Below are positions 24,911 to 36,202 of a DNA stretch of 51,443 nucleotides, one piece after another. The DNA lies in assembly GCA_030141605.1 (NCBI GenBank), contig JAQGDQ010001260.1, positions 1 to 51,443 of the forward strand, written 5' to 3'. The first letter of the stretch is position 1. Each line of letters opens with the position of its first letter. The DNA comes from Tubiluchus corallicola (taxonomy: Eukaryota; Animalia; Priapulida). The notes under the pieces are model-generated. The model did not search any database and was not told the origin of the DNA. It saw only the letters and a list, made by a program, of their open reading frames with translations. Made by a program: the position numbers and the translations under genes.

Positions 24911-27272
24911 CTAAAAATAAAAAGCAATAATTTAGTTTACACAAAAGTACTACGCTGTATATACAAAATAGAATCTAATATCGGGTGGCACAGAAAAAAT
25001 GCACCGAAGTTTTGATTACAATAATATCAAAAGCAAGTGCCCTACAAACACAAGGCTGAAGTTTCACTGTATTGGCCCTTGCATGTAAATTTTACAGGCA
25101 TTAAAAGTTTGACTGCTTGTCAAATTATGGTTGAAAAGCTTTTGCAAAGTTAAAAATTTAATTATCCAAACAATAATTATCTAAAGCTAATAATCAACTG
25201 GAAAAAAAAACAGGCAGGTTGATGTATAAAGTACTCAACAGATGGCAGCACAACATGGCATCACAATGCATTAAATTTTGACTATAAAAGTTTCAAGTTT
25301 TAGTTTTTTTAAATTGTGGCCTTAAAACTTTTGCAGATCAAACATCGAAACAATGTCAGCTAGGCACTTACGAAAAACAATTACAGTTAATGTAGAAAGC
25401 CTTTAACAGAGGGCAGCAAAATATTCATTTACTCATATATACACAGCAGAATTATGCCAGAGTCAACAGATCTTAATCATCTTGACATAGAACATTTGAA
25501 ACAACTTAAACGGAAAATTCATGAAAATTGCACAGAGCCCTTTTGATGCAGAAGAGGAACAAAAAGTAGAAAGTATTGAGCTCCAGCTGGGACAAAATAA
25601 CCCTTTTTAGAACAGTCTTCAAAGGAACGCCTCCCTTTTTGATATACTTGTCGAATGTCCACACACTTGGCATTTGCAAAAGGATAAAAATATGATGTTT
25701 ATCACAAAATTTCTGCGATTTTCCATTTATTTTAACTTAAAGAATAGAGCATGCATCAAAAACCACTTCAACTACATAGCTGTAAAAGCTTATATAAAAA
25801 TTACAAATGATTCCAGCAAAACTATTTACATAATTATATATGCATGTACAAGCACAATGCACATATGCACTAGACAAACCTGGCACTAAAAGTGTTCAAT
25901 ACGTTCAGGCTTACAGTACTGTTGAATATTTATAAAAAATATAAAGAGATTTAAAAATATTAGTTGCATAAGACAAAACACAATCTGTACTAAATGGTTC
26001 AATTAATTTGTTTATAGTATGAACTGTAAATATACAGTTTGCAAACTATACTTTTAGGCAGGCCCAACTCTTCCAAACCCTTGTACAAATATACAGTTTG
26101 CCAACTATACTTTTAGGCAGATCTAATTCTGCCAAACCCTTGTACAAATATACAGTTATCTTTCTTATTATGGTGTCGTAGTTTACAAATTCTTAATAAG
26201 AACAATGGCATGAGTTTGATAAATGCCTAATGATATCAGGGAACTTTATATCATTTTTAATAAGAAAAAAATCAACGTTTCCGTTGCACATTAGCAGTTG
26301 TCAGCAGGAAAAAAGAAATTAATTAAAAAAAGAATAAATTATCTTTATTTTCAAATTTCTTATCACTTACATGCTATCTTATTGTGCACAAAACCTATAT
26401 AAGCAGTAATTCTGTATAAAACTTGAAACTTCAAAGGCAAGATATTTGAATAAAGTTTAGATAACATTGGATAAACTTTGAAGAATAGGACGCTCTTCAC
26501 TAACTAAACAAATTTATAAATTACTTTGTGTTGTCAATAGGATCAATAATGTGTTTTTGGTGAATCAGTGGTGCACACTGGGAAGGCGCTTCAATGCCGT
26601 CTTAACAGTTGGTGGGAACATTTTAAATTATTTAAAATTTCCTTTTCTAGTTAGCACAGTGTCCGTCAATCATGTAAGCTTATATACTAAGTAATATGAC
26701 TTTGCGTGGAAATTTTTTTTGCGATAAACAATAAAATCATCTTTTCCCTTTTTAATAAAAATTATATAAAATTTGTTGTGATTTAGTTGACTGCAACGAA
26801 AGTGAGATTTAATTAGTGAGATTTAAGGAATTTTTCATTCACATTACAAGAACTTGTGCCATTGTTAATTACTTTTAACAATGTATATTTGATTGGAAAA
26901 ACTTAGACCACAATGCAAATGCATTATATTGATGAACAAACGCTTTGAACAATAAACATGATACAGGAATGGACTAGAAAAAATTACCTGCGCATTCTTT
27001 GATAAAACAGAAGCCCGAGCTGTTAATATTTCTTTATGCAAAACAACTTTGGATATTTTTTATGTACATTTATATTCATGTACTGTAAATTTTCATTCAA
27101 ACAGTAATATGTGTACAAAAGTGTACATATTATATAAATTATTGTAAGCATAAATATTATATATAATCTTCGTTATTCTGTTTGCCTTTATGGTTTAGGA
27201 TTAGGGTTAGGGTTAGAACTTGCAGGGTTTTTCTGTACAACCATGTAATAATAAAGTAATAAACTATCCTAC

Positions 27273-27381
27273 CTCAACAGGAGCAAATGTAATCCGCCGT
27301 CTGGCATAAGGATGCGGCCTGAAATTCGCAGGCCGCACCCGACGAACCGGCATCGGACGTCCAGCTCCAGTTGGATAAGCT
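27273..27381 (-). CDS. C2HC zinc-finger gene, coding exon 4 (basic, RPHPY motif)
   Basis: TTTTTCAG|...GAG|GTAGG, 109 nt, phase 2 to 0. Encodes AYPTGAGRPMPVRRVRPANFRPHPYARRRITFAPVE. Confidence 0.8.
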
Positions 27382-28147
27382 CTGAAAAATAAATCCTTGT
27401 TTAGCAAACATGTAAGCCTCTAAAAAGTCGTTAATGGCCTGCTACATTCTCTCAATAAAATTGGGGGTGGGGTGTCATCGGGGAGTGCTGTATAACTCAT
27501 AGCAAAGTGAAAACTACTTTGGTGGCCATTTGCGTCGTCACATGGGCCGATTTTTATGCTGACATTTGGCGTTCTATCAAGTCATAAAACCAACATAAAG
27601 TATCAGTTAATACGTTAATACATCCATTCACTGTTTCAGCATAAAAAGCAAAAGACGTTTGTGCATTACTGAACATTGGGAGCTAGCATTTGTACTGTTA
27701 AACGGACAAGTTGCAATGCCTTTGCTAGTCTATAATGCCAGTCATTACTAGTCAACTAAAGTTTCTTCCGCTAAATTTTGTCATTTCTTAAAGATGTCTA
27801 ACAGCATGTTTTTGCATATCAGCCCTGCATCAGGCCTCTAACATGTTTAGAGACAAAGTTTAACCAGTTTTGTACTTTTATACATCACTGGTCTAACTGC
27901 CTTGTATCGCTTTTCTTTCCTTGATACAGCGTGGCGATTTAAAGGGACCAAACTGGGTCATCTATAGTATAACACGTGTTGACGGGGTTTCTCCAAATCA
28001 GCTGATGAAGTAGACATTGAAATTTCTCGTGAAAGATCCTTTTTTGCGAGCGTGGTTGTAGTACTCTTGGAAAGGTTAAAGTTCAAAATACAGTGAAATT
28101 AAGATTTCGTTTTTTGTCAAGTTTAAATTATAAAAAAATCCTCTTAC

Positions 28148-28279
28148 CTGGTCACACGCAGGGCCGGGACAGGCACCGCCTCCTGCTCCAGCGGACAGTT
28201 TGCCATTACGTAATGCCTGCCCCGACCCTCAATGGCATTGCCCTGACCTCCGCAGTGTTCGTAATTTGGGCACCTTCGC
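28148..28279 (-). CDS. C2HC zinc-finger gene, coding exon 3 (finger 2)
   Basis: TCTCTTTTAG|...CAG|GTAAG, 132 nt, phase 2-2. Encodes RRCPNYEHCGGQGNAIEGRGRHYVMANCPLEQ... Confidence 0.85.
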
Positions 28280-28789
28280 CTAAAAGAGACAAAAATAATT
28301 TTCATTTTTCTACAAAACGTGCTGTCATTTTGTCAAACTTCAAAAAAAAGCAACAGCAAAAAAAGACTACAAAACTTATATGATGGGAAGATGCACTTCT
28401 GGTTTAATAACTTTATGGATAAACCTATTTGCTGGTATAAAATCGGGATTGCGTATCCCAATTTTTCCACTCCAAAAAAAATCTCTGAAAAATCTGCATG
28501 TTAGAAGTTAATAAAACTACATGAGAAATTGTTGGAACTAAATGACTCCTATTTGCTGGCAATTTGTTAAGCATGTGTTTGAAGAACTGATCACTCTTAA
28601 CGCACAAGTTCAACTCTGGTAGGTTTATTATAAACATTGACACACAAGCTGACATATTGGACATCTCCAAATGGAAAGAAAAATCAATCAAATGTCAATT
28701 TTCTAGTGTTTAAAGCACAAATTTGCACATCTAACTGAAAAGAAACAGCAAATATTTTGTTGCTATGCGTTATTCAAGAGCAAAAGTTT

Positions 28790-28860
28790 CGGGGGTTAGC
28801 TCAATTGTAATGTGTTCGTTTCCCATCCTGGAGGTCGTGGGTTCAATTCCTGACACGTAA
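28790..28860 (+). mobile_element. Degenerate tRNA-derived SINE head
   Basis: A-box-like TTAGCTCAATTG and B-box GGTTCAATTCC at tRNA spacing; no intact acceptor stem. Confidence 0.6.
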
Positions 28861-29375
28861 GACTAAAGTTTTAATTACCGCTCGTTCTGCCAACCAGGTT
28901 CTATCAAGACTACTTTGAAAATGAGCTGTTATCATTGGACTATTAGTGTCCTAAACATTATTAAGGATTATAATTATTATTATTTATATAGACATAGATT
29001 ATTCATGTCTAAAACGTTTTAACCAAAGATATATTAAGTCATATTCAAGTTACCTATGAGTTCTTGGAGGAAAATTGCTCAAAGTTCGTAGGTCAGTTGT
29101 TCAGTTACGTTTCACAATTACTCGAGTAAATATTGTGCTCAATTAAGAAACAGCAGAATTTAGCAAACCGTCTCTTACAGCAGCTAAATGAACTACTGCA
29201 ACCAACACAGTAAAAGATTTGCTATGTCGGTAGAAAACCACAATTATTATGAATGTTGATACACATTAAACTCCCGAAGACAAGAAAGTAAATAGCTGGA
29301 ATTACAAAAACAATTTCATAACCACTAGGTCATCATGTTTCCTGGTGACGATGACATTCACTTTTCCTTCTTCCA

Positions 29376-29600
29376 TCTCTCTCTCACTCTCTCTCTCGCA
29401 TCTCTCTCTAAATGATTACCATTACCATCACTAACGTCATCACCATCACCATCACCACCATCATCATCATCACCATCACCACCATCATCATCACCACCAT
29501 CATCATCATCACCATCATTATCACCATCGTCATCATCACCATCATTATCATCATCAGCATCATTATCACCATCGTCATCATCATTCTTATCATTATCATT
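29376..29600. repeat. (CT)n plus (CAT/CAC)n microsatellite
   Basis: Direct inspection. Confidence 0.95.
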
Positions 29601-29978
29601 ATAGTACGATACAAAAAAACAATGACGTAACTTTAAATGATTGTTGACGTCATTTGCTATAATCATTTTTCCTTTTTGGTACAATAATTAACTATCGAAA
29701 AATCACTAATATATCGGATGGAATGAAATGACCAGAGACAACGTTCCAGTTCGTGTCGATTAAGACGATATGAAAACTCCATGAAATGATTGTAATAAGC
29801 CTAGCTGTTAATTTATTATGCATTGTTTGCTTCACAAAGACTAAACGGTAGTAAAAGGAAGTAAACAAAAATGAAAACTGCAAAGTAAACAAAAACGAAA
29901 ACTATAGCCACGAGGTGGCGAAATGAACGGTTCTACTACTGAAAAAGCTAATTTGTAATTATAATCGTGTCTGCTTAC

Positions 29979-30152
29979 ACTGGCTTTGGCTTGCTCTGGC
30001 GTTCTTCCAGGGGTGGCCGAGCCACCACCCCTGCCACGAGCTCTCTCTCCCGCAGACTCTCGTAGCGCCACGCACAGGCAGACGTGGCCCTGTGCGTGGC
30101 GTACCGGGGATCCACGTTGCCTCGCCCCCCACACTGGGCAAACCAATGGCAT
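29979..30152 (-). CDS. C2HC zinc-finger gene, coding exon 2 (finger 1)
   Basis: TTTTTCAG|...AGT|GTAAG, 174 nt, phase 2-2. Encodes CHWFAQCGGRGNVDPRYATHRATSACAW...SKPKP. Confidence 0.85.
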
Positions 30153-30657
30153 CTGAAAAAATTTCATTTTACTAGATTAACAGAAAAAGTAAACAACAGC
30201 TGTTAATACAAGACAGTAATATTATAAGAGAATACGTATATAAAGTCCATGATAAAATAAATAAGTTATTAAGTTGTTGTATAAACTAAGGGTATGTAGT
30301 AAATTTGATTTGACTTTTTTATCACTATAATAACGCAAACTATTTTATATTGTTTAAAGTTTTGTTGCAAGAAAAACGATGTTCTGTTTACTGGCAGCAA
30401 AGTTTTCAGGTTATTGAGAATGTAGAAATTTTAATGATTGCAAACACAACAGACGTGGGGCTGGCTTGTTAACTTAAAATATCTCAAAAATAAATTGTAA
30501 GATGATCCTGTAAAAAGTTATATAAATAAAGAATAATCTCACACCACACGAGACTAACAGTAGAAAAATGTGTGTGTTTGGACAACTGTACATATGCAGA
30601 AGATAAAAAAGTAAATGGAAAGGTTTTCTGGCTAAAAAGTAAAATTTCTTTACTTAC

Positions 30658-30668
30658 CGCTTAGGCAT
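30658..30668 (-). CDS. C2HC zinc-finger gene, start-codon exon (whole exon 30658-30700)
   Basis: TTATTTCAG|...ATG CCT AAG CG|GTAAGT. Phase 2 joins the next exon to give MPKRC. Confidence 0.75.
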
Positions 30669-30938
30669 ATTGATCAATAAAGAGATCGTGATCGTTCAAT
30701 CTGAAATAAGCAAAAAATGAAGTGTTATTTACGGCTCGGTCAACTAAAACCATTTTAGCAATGTCAAGATTCTAACTGCACAGGATGTAGAGTTCGAATC
30801 GCACGAGTTTCATGACCATCCGATCATTTGTTGCAGAAATACAAGAGAAAAACCTATTGTGGACAGTGGACGAACAGATACACGGACAGTAGGGTCATTT
30901 AAAATTTAAAAATTCAACAAGAAAATAGTCAAACTTAC

Positions 30939-30967
30939 CAATTTAATAACGCAGCTAAATATCGTAT
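30939..30967 (-). other. Putative 29-nt 5' UTR exon of the zinc-finger gene
   Basis: TTTTTCAG|...TTG|GTAAGT. Both sites are also retained in the paralog at about 12336-12369. Confidence 0.55.
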
Positions 30968-32283
30968 CTGAAAAACATAACAACTTTTAATTACATGCAA
31001 TAAACGTTAACTTTCTTATAATTTTATGGCAGCTCTGATGTTAATATACAGGGTCAAAATAAGTAATGACGTATATGAAGGCTTGATGAAGAAAGCTTGA
31101 TAAACAAAGAAACAATAGTAGTTAGCAATCTTATAATGGAATGCTTAATCTGAAAAAAATGTACACCAATAAAATATCGTAGTACTTCTGGTGGTGGCAG
31201 TAGCAGTAAAAGTAGTATAAAATTTACATTTATAAGTGTGTACTTAATTACTATCTTGGTAATTTAAAATTTGAAAGAAAGACAAAGTTTGGACTTGAAA
31301 AAAATGACAATTTTTAATTACGTGCATTAAAAGTTAACTTTCTCATAATATTATAGCAGCTCCGACGTCAATCTACGGTCCTCATAATAATGTGATTGTA
31401 CAGTCCTGCATTAAGCAAGCTGTCTGCCAGTATTCAAAGTCAGTGGATACTTTAATGAACAACCTTGTGGCTGGTCAGAATGCGTACCCATGATTCCTCA
31501 AAAGGCACACATGTACAACGAGTCATTATTCGTTAATCACTCATCATTCAGTAGTCACTATTCTTTTATTAACCGGGCTTTATGTTGTTTAACTTCGTTT
31601 GCGGAGATCATTTATCTTGGTGGCAAATTTTCGTTTTTTTTTTGGCAGACGTGTCGCTGATAACGAAAAGTACAAACACATCAAGGACTACTTCATTTCC
31701 TTACAAAAATCAGCACTTATCTTAAACAGCCATTTGAGAGTTCAATCATAAACGCGTAATTTAAATTTGTACAGCAACATTTTTAACTGTGCTGTTTTTT
31801 CTACAGCATGAAGATTGGCTTCTTTATGACACTGAAAATCCATTTACCAGACTCAGTATGAAGCCAGCTGATACAGTAATTTTTGCTTCACAGGGTAGAG
31901 GTAAAAAATTTAATAAAAAATCGTCAAATCGTAAATTTATAACTAGTCTTTCATAAGTAACACTTTGAGCAGTTACTGTGGTAAAAAATTTTATCTCTCG
32001 ATTTTAACCAAAGACAGTCAAACAATAGAAATAGAATCATTTTTATTTCGCACACGTGGACAAACACGCTTCTATGTTATTTGATCAGCGCATTTCAGTT
32101 TGTTAGAATATTTTTACTACGCCGTTTCTTTTGGGACACCCTGTACAAACGTTTCTGGGTCACTGGCTGTCGAATTTTTATTCATTTTTATTCCTAAGCA
32201 ACGTACTTTTCATGTAAAGAAGCTGAAGTGTGGTGAGAAAGGTCAAAGCAAAAACTGGCCGAAATGCTACAACAGTAGCAATA

Positions 32284-32470
32284 AAAATTTGCGATTCAGA
32301 TGCGCCAAGCAAAATCATAAACTCTTGAACTCTAAACGTCTACTGCTCATGCGCAGGAAAAACAGTTGTTTACATGTCAAAAATTTGCGATTCAGATGCG
32401 CCAAGCAAAATCAAACTCTTGAACTCTAAACGTCTACTGCACATGCGCAGGAAAAACAGTTGTTTACATT
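32284..32470. repeat. Two-copy tandem duplication (about 95 bp)
   Basis: AAAATTTGCGATTCAGATGCGCCAAGC...GTTTACAT occurs twice. Confidence 0.9.
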
Positions 32471-32754
32471 TGAACATTTTTAAAGAGATAAATAATTTAA
32501 GCAAAGTTTTGGCTGCAATTAAAACAGCAAAAAGTACGAGATTGCTAGCAAATTTTCTTATCTTAAACGTGTGTAACAAGGAAATAAATTAATGCCTGTC
32601 TTAGCACTGCATTTATTTCTATTGCAAACTGAATTAACGCAGATTTGTCTAGTGTTAGTTTAAATTTGCCACAAATGGATCAAAAGTAAAAAAGTAATCT
32701 TTATTATTGAAAAAACACACTGGTGTTCAGCATAACGGAAATATCAGTATAGGA

Positions 32755-33112
32755 TGCGAAGAAAATTTAAGACTGGTTTTCGAAAAAAAAAATGAATAGG
32801 CCCACAATTTGTTCCATTTTTAACCCACTTATACTATTACGAATTGCGAAGAAAATTTAAGACTGGTTTTCGAAAAAAAAATGAATAGGCCCACAATTTG
32901 TTCCATTTTTAACCCACTTATACTATTACGAATTGCGAAGAAAATTTAAGACTGGTTTTCGAAAAAAAATAAATGAATAGGCCCACAATTTGTTCCATTT
33001 TTAACCCACTTATACTATTACGAATTTTATAATTTCTAAGTGGGTTAAAATGGAACAAATTGTGGGCCTATTCATTTATTTTTTTCGAAAACCAGGATTA
33101 AATTTTACATGC
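32755..33112. mobile_element. Foldback/palindromic element with triplicated left arm
   Basis: Three tandem units of about 90 bp followed by one reverse-complement unit (about 33037-33106). Confidence 0.75.
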
Positions 33113-33115
33113 AGT

Positions 33116-33510
33116 AGAGATGGGCGGATAGCTGATTTGCAGTCATGCGGTTGCGGTGTCCGCACTGATTATGGGAAATGCGGATGTATTACTTGCAGAT
33201 ATGCGGATTTTTAATGTGGGATTGGGATTTTTTGGGATTTTACGCGAAATTTCAGCGCGCAAAAACCTCGCATAGGAAAGTTCCGACGCAAAACATTCCT
33301 TACAATTACAAATATTATAGTTTTTTGCTCGAACATTTTATGGTTTGTGGTGGGTGTGTTGGGGTGGTATAGTAACGTGCTGTGAGTAGTCAGTAGTTTA
33401 CAAGCAAAATTGCTTTACTTATATTTTTACGGATTATGTGACGCTAATTTTCAAATTTCAGTCAATCCGGGTTTTGCGGATGCGGACACGTCAGTTACGG
33501 ACTTCGCACT
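33116..33510. mobile_element. Truncated hAT-like MITE remnant
   Basis: Starts TAGAGATGGGCGGAT with recurring GCGGAT motifs; no right TIR found. Confidence 0.45.
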
Positions 33511-34196
33511 TGAATTTGTAAAATTAGGCCCTATAATATTTAGAATCAAATTAAAATTGAAATTAAAAGCTTCCTGTAGCAATTAGGGAGTAATATATTA
33601 TATATATTTATATATATATCGAAATATATATAAAGATATCTAAATATCCAAGAATTAGCAAAAAAAACTAGCCGCATAGGTACATACTCACATAGATGCA
33701 CGTGTCTGCCATTTGAAAATTTAAAAAAAACATATTCTTACCTTAGATAATGTAAACTACATTACAGCACTCATTAATAATTATAAAGATCACTTAAGAT
33801 ATGCACAATACTCAACAATACACTATAGCTAAACTCAGAGACAAAAATAAATGATATTCATTACAAGATATTAAATAATAAGTTCGCACTATCGTACTTA
33901 CGTCGCTCAAAAACTAAGGAGACTGTATCTCAGTTGTCCAGTTCTTTTATACCCGAAATGGTTTCGGACGGGTCTATTTTAACAAGAAAGGGTGGAGTCT
34001 TTGGCTATTCAGTGTTCTCAGAATTAGAAACGCGTCGTACGTCGTACAGCGTTGGCCAGTAGCCCAGTTGTAGGTCTAGCTAACATTTCAGTACTTCAGG
34101 TATTTCTGTTCTAAACAATCAACAACCATAACTGTTTGTATACGTGATTGTAGTATAGTCTATGTTTGCATACGTTGATCATAGCCGCCATGCAAA

Positions 34197-34230
34197 GTCT
34201 CTCTCTCTCTCTCTCTGTTTCTCCCTCCTT

Positions 34231-34265
<35 letters not shown>

Positions 34266-34318
34266 TCTCTCTCCCTCTCTTTCTCCCTGTCTCTTTCTCT
34301 CTGTGTGTGTGTGTGTGT

Positions 34319-34393
<75 letters not shown>

Positions 34394-34540
34394 CCCCGCC
34401 CACTCTGCTTCTCTCTCTCTCTCTCTCTCTTTCTCCTTCTCTCTCTGCCTCTCTCTCTCTCTCCTGCCTGTCTCTTGCTCTTTCTCTCTCTCTCTCTCTC
34501 TTTCTCCCTGTTTCTTTCTCTGTGTGTGTGTGTGTGTGTG

Positions 34541-34571
<31 letters not shown>

Positions 34572-34700
34572 TTGTCCCTCTCTCTCGCCCCCTCTCTCTC
34601 TCTCTCTCTCTCTCCCTCGCCCCCTCTCTCTCTCTCCCTCTCTCCTCCCCCTCGCCCTCTCTCTTTCTCTCTTTCTTTCTCTCTCCCTCCCCCTCTCTGT
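34197..34700. repeat. Compound (CT)n/(GT)n microsatellite
   Basis: Direct inspection. Confidence 0.97.
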
Positions 34701-34804
34701 CTTTTATGCAACAACTTTGCAACTGATAATGTAATAAATTCATGATTGTTATAAAATAAACTTAGTATTGTTAAATCTTGAAACCAAACTCGGCTGAAAG
34801 AAAA

Positions 34805-34880
34805 GTGTAGGGGTACAGCCTGCAGTTGAACCAGGAACTCTTTGTTTACAAGTCGACGCTGTGACCACTACATTATTTCT
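34805..34880 (-). mobile_element. Degenerate tRNA-derived SINE head
   Basis: Minus strand TGTAGTGGTCACAGCG...CCTGGTTCAACT, A/B-box-like. Confidence 0.5.
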
Positions 34881-35117
34881 GTCACGAATATTTAATCTGT
34901 ATAATTCATGAGAGATGTATAATGGACATTTTCCCGACAAGTCACAAAGAAATGGCATTTATCTTCATGTGTCAAGACATTTTATTTACGTGGACATTTA
35001 TTTATGTTTGTATGTATGATCAGTACTAGTAATGTAAGCAATTATAGTTCAAAAAACAAAAGAGAAAATCATTAATCCTATACATAGGAAGATACAGCTT
35101 AAACTTAGGAGAAACAC

Positions 35118-35191
35118 AGATAATAATGCCAGAAAAACTAACAACAGTAAGAGACACACACGAACACACAGCCACACCCACATGCACACGC

Positions 35192-35258
<67 letters not shown>

Positions 35259-35376
35259 AATGCCAGAAAAACTAACAACAGTAAGAGACACACACGAACA
35301 CACAGCCACACCCACATGCACACGAACACACAGCCACACACACACACACGCACACACACACACACACACACACGCA

Positions 35377-35428
<52 letters not shown>
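35118..35428. repeat. (CA)n microsatellite within a duplicated unit
   Basis: ATAATGCCAGAAAAACTAACAACAGTAAGAG occurs twice, each followed by CA runs. Confidence 0.93.
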
Positions 35429-35430
<2 letters not shown>

Positions 35431-36202
35431 GCTTCAATCTTGTGGTTAAAACTTGCAGCATTGTTTACAGTACAGAACATCGTAATACAAAAAACACAAT
35501 ATGTGGTAAACAAATATAGTATAAGTGTGTAAGTTAAAGTTATTTGCTATCATCTTTCTCTTCTCTTTTATATCATACATATAAAGTTTAGCCCAAAGTT
35601 TCCCATCTCTTAGGCCATTAATAAAGACAAACTTCTCACTTGCTTACTTACTGTTGTATTTGCAACAGAAGAAATTATTTCGACAAACTCTTATCTCATT
35701 TTGACAACTAGGTCATCCTCTTCTTCATTCATTGTGTACATTTATATGCACTAACGTGTTTCTGAAACGAGTGCGTGATCTCTTGAAATTGCGTTTAAAA
35801 CACAATTTATTATAAAAATATTATTGCATTTAGGCATCACAAGCAGGAGGCCATATTTTTGATAACCAATAAAATAAAAAAAACAAATAAGCAGATTTTT
35901 CCCATTCTATCAGGTTTAATCGGGAAAAAATTTCTGCAAACAAGTGATAAGTATTCGTCTTTGAGGCGTCTAGCAAATGAAGCTGTTTGATCTTTTGCTT
36001 CCCAAAAATTTGCAACAGAAGACAAGTTCTTTTCTCATTTGACAACTAGGTCATCCATCTATTCTGCGCATTTTACATATACTTTGATGGCCTAGTAGTT
36101 TTTCCTTTTTCATATCTGCGTCAGCTATTGAATTTTGTCGTGTGAACATCTTATAAATTCTTGAGAATTGTGTAAGATATGTGCAAGGTACATTATGTAA
36201 AT

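Noticed and set aside
27194-27216. Interstitial telomeric TTAGGG
   Set aside because: Only two perfect units.
28790-28860. Functional tRNA gene
   Set aside because: The cloverleaf stems do not pair; it is better explained as a SINE head.
29358-29684. Asp/Gly-rich ORF as an exon of the zinc-finger gene
   Set aside because: It is a trinucleotide microsatellite, and the flanking exons already join in phase.
29841-30167. ORF-track translations MKFFQMPLV... and MPSVGGE...
   Set aside because: These are wrong frames; the third frame matches the splice phases and encodes the zinc finger.
32070-32146. Tc1/mariner element ending GGGACACCCTGTA
   Set aside because: Only one TIR-like end was found, so boundaries cannot be supported.
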